40,106 nt of DNA from Candidatus Sulfopaludibacter sp. SbA3 (lineage in GTDB: Bacteria > Acidobacteriota > Terriglobia > Bryobacterales > Bryobacteraceae), in contig CAMDKT010000001.1 of assembly GCA_945900935.1 (NCBI GenBank), positions 1 to 40,106 on the forward strand. The letters run 5' to 3'. The position numbers were made by a program, and so were the translations under genes. The notes beneath the pieces were generated by a model. It had not been told where the DNA came from. It was given only the letters and a program-made list of their open reading frames with translations, and made no database searches. Shown one piece after another: positions 28,450 through 36,943 of this stretch. How positions within the stretch are numbered: position 1 is the stretch's first letter; each line of letters begins with the position of its first letter.

Positions 28450-29972
28450 GCCGAAACCGCCTTCAACGCCAGCCTAGTTCGTATCAGGGCAAGATTGTGG
28501 AGTACCCCGACTTTGAATTCGGGGTCGAGTGTGATCATGCTGACCACCATAATCACACTTGCTAAGATGCCTTGGCCGGCGATGGTCGGCCAACTCCGCG
28601 CCACAGGTGCAAAGTTAAGCCATAAACAACCGATCGTCATTGACGCCCCAAACGCCCGGACGCCTGGCAGAAAGAGACTTTTCCAGCTTGTGCGAATTGT
28701 TCGGCACAATAGAAGACTAAGCAGTATCGTCGTCACCATCGAGGCCGTCCCACTGGACATAGGGATTCCCCGAACTCCGAGCAGCCAAGCAAAAAAAGGC
28801 AACAACGCCAGACGAATTGCCGTGTCAGCGATCATTAATCCAGCCGATCGGCCAATTCGTCCAAAGGCAATGGTCAAATTATAGAGGAAAACTCTTCTTG
28901 CGGTCCATAGAGTGGAAAAGGCAAGAATTATCAGCAGTATGTTTCCCCCGTAGAGTTTCTCTCCAACCCACAGTGAAATCACGGGACGAGAAAACGCTAG
29001 GGCTAGGGCGAGACCCGCCCCCATGAATCCGGTTGTCAGCACCACAATTTCCCGAACGATTCTCCGCTTTGCATCCACATCGGCGACCGATGCCACAATT
29101 GCTACACCCGCGAATACTGCGCTCCCTATGCGAGCTAGGAACATCTGTAACACCGTCAGTAAACGTCCGGTTAACACGAGGACAGCAGATGCCTCCGCCG
29201 ACACGAATATTGCCGCAATGGCTGGCTCACTATTATTGTTAACTGCGCTTGATAGAGTAGATAGAAGAAGGATTCTTGACTCGCGAAACAATTCAAGTAC
29301 TTGCTCAATCGACACTGTCATGCGCGGCAATTGTAGAGTCCGCCAGAGCCATAACAACTGCCACGAATATCCTATAACGTAAGTCAGAGACACAGTAAAT
29401 GGGCCAAAAGCAAGAGCGATCACGCCAAAACCCAAATGTAAGCCCAGCAGTACAGCGATGAGTCCGAGACAGGTTGAAACCAGACCGATGATGCCGGGAA
29501 CGACAGTCCGCTGTAAAGCTTGAGGAATTGCCCCAAGACTCAAATGCAGAACACCGAGTCCACTGCCTGCTCCCGCCAGAGTCATAGCGCTGGTGATTGC
29601 GCGATACTGATCCGCTGGGGCATGGACTAAGCGGGCAATTAAGGGGGAAATAACTGCGGTGACGACCAACACGAAGATGCCAATACCCATTGCTGTGGTG
29701 ATACTGGAACCAGCAATCAGAGAAAATGCCGTCAAGTCTCGGCGCCCGAATGCCCCCGCAAGCCTTTGTGTCGCGACCGTACTCAATCCGGATTCAAATA
29801 TCGTAAGAAAGCTGACGATATTGCCAGATGCGAGCCAGGCGCCATAAGTCGCTGTCGACATCCGCTGTAGATAGAGCGGCACCATCACCAATCCGAACGC
29901 GGCAACAAAGATCACGGTGCTTGAGCTGAAGGACAGATTGGCTAGAGCAGCAGAGCGTTTGTTCATATCCAC
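28446..29972 (-). CDS. wzx: Oligosaccharide flippase (Wzx, MOP superfamily polysaccharide biosynthesis protein)
   Basis: 508 aa, about 12-14 TM helices, typical N-terminus (NLSFSSSTVIFVAAFGLVMVPLYLQRMS). Context. Confidence 0.8.
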   Translation of the reverse strand: MDMNKRSAALANLSFSSSTVIFVAAFGLVMVPLYLQRMSTATYGAWLASGNIVSFLTIFESGLSTVATQRLAGAFGRRDLTAFSLIAGSSITTAMGIGIFVLVVTAVISPLIARLVHAPADQYRAITSAMTLAGAGSGLGVLHLSLGAIPQALQRTVVPGIIGLVSTCLGLIAVLLGLHLGFGVIALAFGPFTVSLTYVIGYSWQLLWLWRTLQLPRMTVSIEQVLELFRESRILLLSTLSSAVNNNSEPAIAAIFVSAEASAVLVLTGRLLTVLQMFLARIGSAVFAGVAIVASVADVDAKRRIVREIVVLTTGFMGAGLALALAFSRPVISLWVGEKLYGGNILLIILAFSTLWTARRVFLYNLTIAFGRIGRSAGLMIADTAIRLALLPFFAWLLGVRGIPMSSGTASMVTTILLSLLLCRTIRTSWKSLFLPGVRAFGASMTIGCLWLNFAPVARSWPTIAGQGILASVIMVVSMITLDPEFKVGVLHNLALIRTRLALKAVSA

Positions 29973-30009
29973 TTAATGTGCGTTGAGTTCGCCAAAATCA
30001 TCGTTTGGG

Positions 30010-30411
30010 TCAGAATAATTGGCACAGGACATCATCGGAGGGATCGTATTGTAGATCTGTGCAGGCAATCAAGATCATGTCCTCGTCACCCTTGGTCAAA
30101 AAGGCGTGCGCGATACCGCACGGAACAAACAACGTAACCGGCTCCGCGGCGCTCAGTTCGAGGTTAAACTCCTCTCCAGTCTCCATATCTCTTAGGCGGA
30201 GATCGGCATGGCCTTGCACAACCGTGAACCACTCGTTTGTGGTTTTGTGATAATGGTTGCCTCGCAGCTTTCCTGGTTTTGTGATTGTAACGTACACCTC
30301 GCCAGAACCAGTATTTAAGTTTTTTTCAGCTTCGGTCAACACCTTGAGGAAGCTGCCCTTGTGATCGTTTCGCGGCTTACGGCTGATCAGGCAGATACGG
30401 TCTCTTAGCAA
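30010..30411 (-). CDS. Stand-alone cupin, homologous to the CapF/FnlB C-terminal epimerase domain (WbuC/WxcM-like)
   Basis: RGNHYHKTTNEWFTVVQG matches RGNHYHHTKTEKFFVVEG of fnlB in this same window. TTG start overlaps the upstream SDR stop. Confidence 0.75.
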   Translation of the reverse strand: MLRDRICLISRKPRNDHKGSFLKVLTEAEKNLNTGSGEVYVTITKPGKLRGNHYHKTTNEWFTVVQGHADLRLRDMETGEEFNLELSAAEPVTLFVPCGIAHAFLTKGDEDMILIACTDLQYDPSDDVLCQLF

Positions 30412-31322
30412 GTGAGCATTTCCTCCAAAGTGCGGCCGACCCCGTCCTCGAGTGTCGTAGGAGGGGTCCAGCCTAATTTCTCTACCATTCTTGTATTGTT
30501 GGCAACATAATGCATTAACTCGTCGGAACGATACGGTCGGGCGCCGAATCGTAATTCGACCGCAATACCAGAGCGGCGAAGCTGCGAACCTACTGCAAAC
30601 GCAAAATCGCGCAGGCTTACAGCGGTTCCAGAACCGACATTCAAAATTTGGAAACCGGGTTCGCTGGTGATCGCCAAAGTTCGCCAGAATGCCTCGGCAA
30701 CATCGGCGGCAAAGATATAATCGCGTATCTGCAGCCCAGGAGTGAGATCCACGACCACACCATTTCTTGCACAGGCGATAATATAAGGCAAGAGCCGCGA
30801 TGGCCGTTCTCCTGAACCATAAACACTGAAGATTCGGAGAACCGCTACTGGGAAGCGACTGGCATAAAGTCTTGCAACATTAACGGCCGCGTTTTTCGAC
30901 ACGCCATACACCGACCACGGGACGACCGGATCTGCTTCGCTGACTGGTCGCAGTTGCGGCATGTACTCGAAGCCGGATCCCGCGACAACTACCGGAATTC
31001 TTAAGCCACTCCGTTCCATACACTCAAATAGCTGCAGCGTGCCAAGAATATTCGATTGCAGAATCTCTTCTGGACTGACTGAACTATATTCCACTCCGCG
31101 AGCCGCCAAATGGATTATTGCGTCCGGACGTACGGAGCCAAGTACATCGAGAAGCTGAGACGAATTGCAAATATCAGCTTTCCACTCAGTCGAATCGAGT
31201 GGTTGGCCGGAGGAGGAGACCGAGTGAACCTCAAAACCCAGATCCCTGCCCCGTCGCACAACATACTTTCCAAGAAAGCCTCTTGCGCCGGTCACTAGAA
31301 CAATGTTTATGGTGCTTCGCAT
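30405..31322 (-). CDS. NAD(P)-dependent sugar epimerase/reductase (SDR)
   Basis: [15 protein letters not shown] Rossmann motif and YGVSKNAAV (YxxxK). 305 aa. 16-nt overlap with the rfbG end. Confidence 0.85.
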   Translation of the reverse strand: MRSTINIVLVTGARGFLGKYVVRRGRDLGFEVHSVSSSGQPLDSTEWKADICNSSQLLDVLGSVRPDAIIHLAARGVEYSSVSPEEILQSNILGTLQLFECMERSGLRIPVVVAGSGFEYMPQLRPVSEADPVVPWSVYGVSKNAAVNVARLYASRFPVAVLRIFSVYGSGERPSRLLPYIIACARNGVVVDLTPGLQIRDYIFAADVAEAFWRTLAITSEPGFQILNVGSGTAVSLRDFAFAVGSQLRRSGIAVELRFGARPYRSDELMHYVANNTRMVEKLGWTPPTTLEDGVGRTLEEMLTC

Positions 31323-32368
31323 GCTCGTGTGCTATTCTCATCTGTTTGACAGCCGTTACTTAGCGCCCTGATTTTCGAAAGTGAATAAACTGATTCTTTT
31401 AGAAACTCCCGGTACCATGTGATGGTCTTGCTCAGACCGTCATCGAGCGTGTAAAGAGGCTGCCACCCAAGAACCTCTCGCGCCTTGCCGGCACTCAGGT
31501 ATTGGTGCCGGATCTCGTTGTTCGCTTGGTTGCGAACGTCGGGTTCTAGGGCGCTGCCCATTTGGTCCAGAATCTGCTGAACAAGACCGAGAACCGGAAC
31601 TTGCAGTTCGTTTGAGAAATTGAAAGCCTCGCCCCTAAGTTCAGGGCGCTTCGCCAACGCTTCGGCCAGGGTCATATACACTGCGGCACCGTCTTCCACA
31701 TAGAAATAGTCGCGAACATAGTTGCCGTCGGAGCGGATGATCGGGCGTTCCCCTTTGAGCACTGACCGGATCGTCCCCGGAACAATTCGGTTCCAGTTCA
31801 GGTCGCCTCCGCCATAAAAGTTCCCGCAGCGAGTAATCGCCACCGGAAGTTGATAACTCACGGCGTATGTATGGGCGATGAGGTCCGCGCAGGACTTGCT
31901 CACGTCGTATGGATGCTTTCCCTGTAGCGGCGTGTCTTCCGAGTAAGGAAGAACCGCCTGGTCGCCATAGGCCTTATCCGAAGATGCGACTACGATAGAT
32001 TTCACCGCAGGCGAACGACGGCAGGCTTCCAGCAGGTTCCAGGTCCCTTGGATGTTGCTTTCAAATGTCGAAATTGCGCTGCGATTGGCGATGCCGACAA
32101 TCGTTTGCGCAGCCAAATGGAAGACCGTGTCGATCTCATATTCGCCGAGCGACCGCTCCAGGCAGTCGCGGTCCCGCACATCGCCCCGGACCACCTTCAT
32201 CCGCTCGATATCCCGCGAGCGGACCATCTCGGATTGCGGTACCCAGTCCCGCACCAGGCACACGACGTCAGCGCCTGCGGCCAGCAGGCGTTTGACGAGC
32301 CAGCCGCCAACCAAACCGGTCGCGCCGGTGACAAACACCGACCGGTCTTGCCAAAACTGTTCGGTCAT
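31307..32368 (-). CDS. rfbG: CDP-glucose 4,6-dehydratase
   Basis: [20 protein letters not shown] and the [10 protein letters not shown] motif, about 353 aa. ATG at 32368 forms an ATGA overlap with the rfbF stop. Confidence 0.9.
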   Translation of the reverse strand: MTEQFWQDRSVFVTGATGLVGGWLVKRLLAAGADVVCLVRDWVPQSEMVRSRDIERMKVVRGDVRDRDCLERSLGEYEIDTVFHLAAQTIVGIANRSAISTFESNIQGTWNLLEACRRSPAVKSIVVASSDKAYGDQAVLPYSEDTPLQGKHPYDVSKSCADLIAHTYAVSYQLPVAITRCGNFYGGGDLNWNRIVPGTIRSVLKGERPIIRSDGNYVRDYFYVEDGAAVYMTLAEALAKRPELRGEAFNFSNELQVPVLGLVQQILDQMGSALEPDVRNQANNEIRHQYLSAGKAREVLGWQPLYTLDDGLSKTITWYREFLKESVYSLSKIRALSNGCQTDENSTRACEAP

Positions 32369-33141
32369 CCCCACACCCGCCAGGGAGCCTTACCAGACTG
32401 CCACAGTTCGTTCAGATACAGGTACTCGCGATAGGTGTCCATCGCAAAAAAGAAGCCTTCGTGACGATAAGCCATCAATTGGCCCTCCGCTGCCAGGCGC
32501 TCCAACGGTTCGCGCTCCAGAATACAGTCGTCAGCTTCGATGTACTCGAACAGCTTTCGTTCGAACACCAGGAATCCCGCGCTTGCCCAACCATCCAGTT
32601 GGGGCTTCTCTTTGAATGCAAGAACATTACCGTCACTCGCCGTCTCAAGAATGCCGAAGCGGGAGTGCGGACGCACCGTAGTCACGGTGGCAATCTTCCC
32701 ATGGCTCTTATGAAACGCCAGAAGCTCCGCGATATTCACATCGGCGAGGCCGTCGCCATACGTCACCAGGAAGGTCTCGCCATCTACATATTTCTCGATC
32801 CGCTTGATCCGCCCGCCGGTCATTGTTTCCTGACCCGTATCGGCCAACGTTACGCGGAAGTCCTGTTCTTTGTGCGCGCCATTGAAATGGAGTAGGGATT
32901 TCTGGCCGAGGCAGATCGTGAAGTCGTTGTTCATCGCCTCGTAGTTCAAGAAGTATTCCTTGATCATGTTGCCGCGGTAGCCAAGACATAGCACGAAGTC
33001 GTTGAAGCCGAAATGGGCATACGACTTCATGATGTGCCATAGGATCGGCCGTCCGCCGACCTCAACCAACGGCTTCGGGCGGTACTCGGTTTCTTCACGA
33101 AGCCGCGTACCTTGCCCACCACAAAGAATGACGATTTTCAT
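32365..33141 (-). CDS. rfbF: Glucose-1-phosphate cytidylyltransferase
   Basis: [39 protein letters not shown] from the ATG at 33141. 258 codons. The track extension to 33261 is unlikely. Confidence 0.93.
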   Translation of the reverse strand: MKIVILCGGQGTRLREETEYRPKPLVEVGGRPILWHIMKSYAHFGFNDFVLCLGYRGNMIKEYFLNYEAMNNDFTICLGQKSLLHFNGAHKEQDFRVTLADTGQETMTGGRIKRIEKYVDGETFLVTYGDGLADVNIAELLAFHKSHGKIATVTTVRPHSRFGILETASDGNVLAFKEKPQLDGWASAGFLVFERKLFEYIEADDCILEREPLERLAAEGQLMAYRHEGFFFAMDTYREYLYLNELWQSGKAPWRVWG

Positions 33142-33403
33142 ATATTTCGCACAGCGCTCAGTTGGACAGCATTCCAAAAATTCGTTGGGCAGTTGGGGGA
33201 CAGAGCGGTTAACGCCCCTCGACGCTGATCTGTTTTTACGTCGATTTACGGCACCCCGCAAAACTAGTCATTCCCCGGCCAATCCCTGCCCATTTTCTTC
33301 CAGCCGCCTCTTGGGCAAACGCTTGCCGTACTTTTGCCACTCGTGGCCATTCTGCCTCATCCGATTCGACCGTGCTGGCCAAATGCTCTCCGCGCCTCCT
33401 GAC

Positions 33404-33510
33404 TCAGGCCGAATCCCAAGGATTGAGAATCGTTACGCCGAGGTTTTCGAAGTCTTTCACGTTGCGAGTGACTCGCCGTTAATCCATGGACTAGAGCCAA
33501 TACCGTTCAC
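33404..33510 (-). pseudogene. PIN-domain (VapC-type) toxin remnant, frameshifted
   Basis: My own translation of the minus strand. One frame gives ...VNGIGSSPWINGESLAT*. The next frame continues VTRNVKDFENLGVTILNPWDSA* (stop at 33404-33406). TRNxxDF...NPW is the hallmark VapC C-terminus. No intact N-terminal half was found. Confidence 0.45.
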
Positions 33511-33650
33511 TTAGTCACGCCAAGCAAGGTGGGACCGGCCTCCTGGCCGGTCGCCTTCCCAAGTTGCCATGCCGAGCGGCCCTCCGCTGATCGCTAAGTG
33601 ACGAGTATTGCCATTAGACGCATTTACGCACGGCGGCGATCAGGCGCAAC

Positions 33651-33884
33651 CTACTTCACCCTCCGGTAAACGTCCTTCCGGTCGCCCACTCTCACCACCA
33701 GAACGAGAAGATTCTCATCCTGGATCTGGTAAATAACCCGGTAGTCCTTCCCCGGTCCGGCGTAAATGCGGTGTAGCTTTGCCTTGGCCTCGAGTTTCTC
33801 CATTCCGCGCGGGCGCGGACTCTCTTCAAGGCGTAGAATGTCAAGTTCCACCTGCTTCCGGATATGGGGATCAAGTTTGCGCAA
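33651..33884 (-). CDS. RelE/ParE-superfamily (RelE/StbE-like) toxin
   Basis: KLDPHIRKQV...LHRIYAGPGKDYRVIYQIQDENLLVLVVRVGDRKDVY. The track start is TTG. Homology (YRVEVSPAAERDL) continues upstream to 33929 with no ATG/GTG/TTG, only a CTG at 33926. Confidence 0.8.
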   Translation of the reverse strand: MRKLDPHIRKQVELDILRLEESPRPRGMEKLEAKAKLHRIYAGPGKDYRVIYQIQDENLLVLVVRVGDRKDVYRRVK

Positions 33885-33929
33885 ATCCCGCTCAGCCGCG
33901 GGTGAGACTTCAACCCGGTAGGACAGAAA

Positions 33930-34196
33930 TCAATCCCCCAACTCTCGCATCAGCTCACGGAGCGGCTTCGTCCCCTTCTCTTCCGCTTCTTTCAAGGCCG
34001 CGCGGGCCTCTTCGAGATCCATACGATCCATCTCCTCGCGCACCAGCCGCTCCAGCAGTCGGAGATCTTCCATCGAAATGACGGCCGCCACATCTTTGCC
34101 CCGCTGGGAAACGATTGTACGCTGATTGCCGTTGGCGGCGCGGTTCACAACCTCCGGGAATTCCTCCAGCGCTTTCGAGACATTCAGACGTGTCAT
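33930..34196 (-). CDS. Phd/YefM-family antitoxin
   Basis: 88 aa. RTIVSQRGKDVAAVISMEDLRLLERL is a typical Phd/YefM core. Lies immediately upstream of the RelE-like gene. Confidence 0.85.
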   Translation of the reverse strand: MTRLNVSKALEEFPEVVNRAANGNQRTIVSQRGKDVAAVISMEDLRLLERLVREEMDRMDLEEARAALKEAEEKGTKPLRELMRELGD

Positions 34197-34424
34197 AGTT
34201 GCTGTACCCCTCGTACAGTTTGTACGAATCCGCTACCAGTATCGCCAAAAAGTGCGCGGAATAACAAAGGAAGCATGAACCTCTAGGCGGCCGATCTTCC
34301 GCGAGCCCCCGCCGCTTTTCGCTCCGCCCCTGGTTTTCCCTCTTCCGAAGAACATGCGGCCCCATCACCAGCATATTGTTAAAATCCGCGCCTGGCCTGT
34401 ATGCGCCGGGCGCCGCCGCCGCCC

Positions 34425-34663
34425 TCAGCCCGCCAGCCCGAGGCGAATCAAATCCTCCCCGGTCCAGCCGGCATCCTGAATCATGCCGTTCAATGTGCCG
34501 ATGGGGAATGTGGAACCCAGCGAATGAAATGCCGTTACAATCCGGCGGCCGTCCCGATGGCGGTAGACCCGATAGCTGCCCCAACTCCGCTGCAGTTAGA
34601 ACCCATCTTCGTGCGGTGCCGGATGAATTCCCTTGCGGTGACGCCGCGCCGCGCCCGTGTCAC
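34425..34663 (-). pseudogene. HicA-family toxin, disrupted by a frame change
   Basis: Not in the ORF track. GTG at 34663 (GTGA overlap with the hicB stop) gives MTRARRGVTAREFIRHRTKMGSN. A -1 frame change near 34595-34600 is then needed to continue LQRSWGSYRVYRHRDGRRIVTAFHSLGSTFPIGTLNGMIQDAGWTGEDLIRLGLAG* (stop at 34425-34427). Confidence 0.7.
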
Positions 34664-34914
34664 AAATTCACTACGACAGCCGGCGAAGACAACGCGATCG
34701 CACCCCGCTCCGGGTCCACCGGGATCGGTTCACCGGTGGCGCGAAGGTCATCCAGATACAGCTCCACGGCCTCCTCCAGCCGCGCCAGCGCCTCTTGCTC
34801 GTTGTGACCCCAGGTGTGGCAGCCCTTCAGGGCCGGGCACCAGGCATGGATCGCCGGCAAGCCGTCTTCGAACTGGTCGGCTTCCACCACGGCGCTGAAA
34901 ATGTGTGACTGCAC
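34660..34914 (-). CDS. HicB-family antitoxin (UPF0150-type)
   Basis: 84 aa. FSAVVEADQFEDGLPAIHAWCPALKGCHTWGHNEQEALARLEEAVELYL is the typical HicB N-domain. Confidence 0.85.
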   Translation of the reverse strand: MQSHIFSAVVEADQFEDGLPAIHAWCPALKGCHTWGHNEQEALARLEEAVELYLDDLRATGEPIPVDPERGAIALSSPAVVVNL

Positions 34915-35033
34915 GGCTCTATTCTAACCCGCTCCCGCCAACGCCCGTTTGTTTCCGCTCGCGCGCGGCTTTTCCTGCTTCAGCCAGTCGCCATCACGAC
35001 GGCCACACCGCCGTCGCCACCGTCATCACTAAC

Positions 35034-35339
35034 TCACCGCAACGTCGCGTCCCAGTCCCTCGCCTGGTTCCGCGTATGGTGCTTCAGACAAACCACGCGA
35101 ATTCCACCCGAAACTCTCTGGTAGTAGACCCAATAATCGCCCGCCGGAAATCGCCGCCTCGGTTTACCCCGTCGCGTTCCCTCAACCCCCATCCCCGGCT
35201 ACGCTCCTAACAACTCAAGCACGCCCCACAACTCTTCAATCACTGCCGTCGCCACAGCCTCCCCTCGCCGCTTTGCGTTCCTTTGCCAAATCCGGTCAAT
35301 CTGCGTGTGGATTTGCCGGTTAACATGGACCCGGCGCAA
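35034..35339 (-). pseudogene. ParE-family toxin interrupted by an in-frame TAG
   Basis: Not in the ORF track. TTG at 35339 gives RRVHVNRQIHTQIDRIWQRNAKRRGEAVATAVIEELWGVLELLGA, then TAG at 35199-35201. The same frame continues PGMGVEGTRRGKPRRRFPAGDYWVYYQRVSGGIRVVCLKHHTRNQARDW...* (stop at 35034-35036). Confidence 0.75.
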
Positions 35340-35341
35340 CT

Positions 35342-35545
35342 CTAACTCCCCTTCTTCTCCGCCGCCGGCGCCGCCCGCCCTCGCTCAATCACTCCGGCCA
35401 GAAACGCTTCCTTGTCTCCAGGGCCATATTCCACATACTCGCCCCGCTCATACTCCGCTTCCGACAGCCGGATATCTTCCTCTAATTCCGCCCACTCCTC
35501 GGGCGAAAAATCCTTTTCACCCCAAGTCTCTTTCGCCATCGCCAT
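35342..35545 (-). CDS. Small acidic putative antitoxin paired with the ParE pseudogene
   Basis: ORF ends 2 nt before the ParE TTG. ATG candidates are at 35545 and 35539, the latter 8 nt after GGGAGG. Acidic helical sequence. Family not recognised. Confidence 0.6.
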   Translation of the reverse strand: MAMAKETWGEKDFSPEEWAELEEDIRLSEAEYERGEYVEYGPGDKEAFLAGVIERGRAAPAAEKKGS

Positions 35546-35707
35546 TGCCTCCCACCCCAAACTCTACCCCGCCACACTCAAACAATCCACCGGCTAGCCG
35601 TTACCGAGCACCGAGCGTAAGCGAGACGGTGTGCCCGTTTACCTTAGAACTGCCCCCAGGCTCCAAAAACCAACCTCCGTTTACCCATCCGGCGAAATTC
35701 GCAATAA

Positions 35708-35729
35708 CGGCAGAATTTCTAATCTGCCG
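35708..35729. promoter_or_regulatory. Candidate operator palindrome upstream of vapB
   Basis: CGGCAGA-N8-TCTGCCG, 22 nt upstream of the vapB ATG, in the divergent intergenic region. Confidence 0.3.
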
Positions 35730-35751
35730 TATTCGGGGCTAGACTGAAGGC

Positions 35752-36024
35752 ATGGATACCTACACGACGCGCCTTGAAAAATCGGGGCGAATCCTAATCC
35801 CCGCTGCGGTCCGCCGCCGCCTCGGCCTTTCTCAGGGAGCGAGCGTACTTGTCAAGGTGGAAGAGTCCGGCGCCCTCCAAGTCGCATCTCGGTCACAATC
35901 GCTCGCCAAGGTTCGTGAGGAGATCCGCAAGTACATTCCCGCTCACAGGGACCTTGTTGAGGAACTGATTCAGGATCGCCGGGAGGAAGTCGAACGCGAA
36001 ACCGAAGAAGTCTCGCGCCCGTGA
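35752..36024 (+). CDS. vapB: AbrB/MazE/SpoVT-type antitoxin (VapB)
   Basis: RLEKSGRILIPAAVRRRLGLSQGASVLVKVEE is the swapped-hairpin AbrB-like motif. GTGA overlap with vapC. Confidence 0.88.
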   Translation: MDTYTTRLEKSGRILIPAAVRRRLGLSQGASVLVKVEESGALQVASRSQSLAKVREEIRKYIPAHRDLVEELIQDRREEVERETEEVSRP

Positions 36025-36440
36025 AATCGCCGTTTGTGCTCGATGCCTCCGCCTTGCTGTGCATCTTGCTGGATGAACCTGGCGGGCAGCGCGTGTACAG
36101 CATTTTGGATCACTCTCGAATCCACGCTGTCAATTTGGCCGAAGTCATTGGAAGGCTGGTCCGTTCCGGAATGCCTGCGGAAAAGGCCGTCGCCGCCCTC
36201 CGCGAACTCCATCTGGAAGTCGAGACGGAGTTTGCAACAAAGCAAGCTGAGTTTTGCGGTATTCTGCTCGGCTCCCGGCGTGATCCCTCGAGCAACATTC
36301 GTTTGTCGTTGGGAGACTGTATATGCCTGACGGCGGCGGCTTCGTCGGGAGCGGTGGCCGTGACAGCGGATCGCCGCTGGATCGAACTGGACGGCACTGT
36401 CGCCAACGATGAAACGTTCCGAGTCGAGCTGATCCGGTGA
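36021..36440 (+). CDS. vapC: PIN-domain toxin (VapC)
   Basis: FVLDASALLCILLDEPG, SLGDCICLTAA and VTADRRW acidic-residue motifs. GTG start overlaps the vapB stop. Confidence 0.88.
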   Translation: MKSPFVLDASALLCILLDEPGGQRVYSILDHSRIHAVNLAEVIGRLVRSGMPAEKAVAALRELHLEVETEFATKQAEFCGILLGSRRDPSSNIRLSLGDCICLTAAASSGAVAVTADRRWIELDGTVANDETFRVELIR

Positions 36441-36450
36441 AGCGCAAACC

Positions 36451-36678
36451 TCACCCGCGCACCGCAAGCTCGCGCCAAAGGCTGTCGCGATACCCAGCAT
36501 CCAACGGCAGAGGTTCACCACTTTCTAACCCCGCCAACAACAACGTCTCAAGCCGTGTCCCCTCGCGCTCTTTTTGATCACGCCGCACAAGTTCGCGGAC
36601 ATACTCGCTAACGCTCCTGTACCCGCCGCTCTGAACCTGTTCATCGACAAATAACTTTGACAAATACTTCCAATTCAT
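36451..36678 (-). CDS. ParD-family (CopG/RHH-type) antitoxin, no partner toxin
   Basis: From the ATG at 36678: MNWKYLSKLFVDEQVQSGGYRSVSEYVRELVRRDQKERE...LLLAGLESGEP, a typical ParD. The 3' end abuts the convergent vapC end, 10 nt apart, leaving no room for parE. Confidence 0.8.
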   Translation of the reverse strand: MNWKYLSKLFVDEQVQSGGYRSVSEYVRELVRRDQKEREGTRLETLLLAGLESGEPLPLDAGYRDSLWRELAVRG

Positions 36679-36886
36679 GCGATTCACATCCCAACTGCAA
36701 GAAACACAAGCACTTAGCTGCCATCGATCAACGTTTTGATATCGCCAAACAACCGGTGCCAATCTTTTGAAATTTATATTTCCTTCCTTTTCAACACTTT
36801 ACGAAAACGCACCCCGCGAACACTGGGTCCGCCTCTGCTAGATTTAAGTCAGCCCGGAACAGTCCGCGCAAAAATCAGAAAGCCAA

Positions 36887-36916
36887 GGCCCTCCGCCAAA
36901 CCCGGAGGGCCTTTTT
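36887..36916 (+). terminator. Canonical Rho-independent terminator with no obvious upstream gene
   Basis: GGCCCTCCG-CCAAACC-CGGAGGGCC followed by TTTTT: 9-bp GC-rich stem, 7-nt loop. Confidence 0.7.
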
Positions 36917-36943
36917 CATAGCAAAGCCAAAAAAGGAGGCAAT

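Noticed and set aside
33955-34584. 209-aa minus-strand ORF spanning the Phd and HicA regions
   Set aside because: It is an Arg/Gly/Pro-rich alternative frame overlapping a clear Phd gene and the HicA remnant. No motifs.
33930-35201. In-frame stops (TGA between Phd and RelE, TAA in HicA, TAG in ParE) as programmed recoding (Sec/Pyl/read-through)
   Set aside because: Three different stop codons are involved, plus a frameshift, with no SECIS- or PYLIS-like context that I could see. Simple gene decay, or possibly sequencing error, is more parsimonious.
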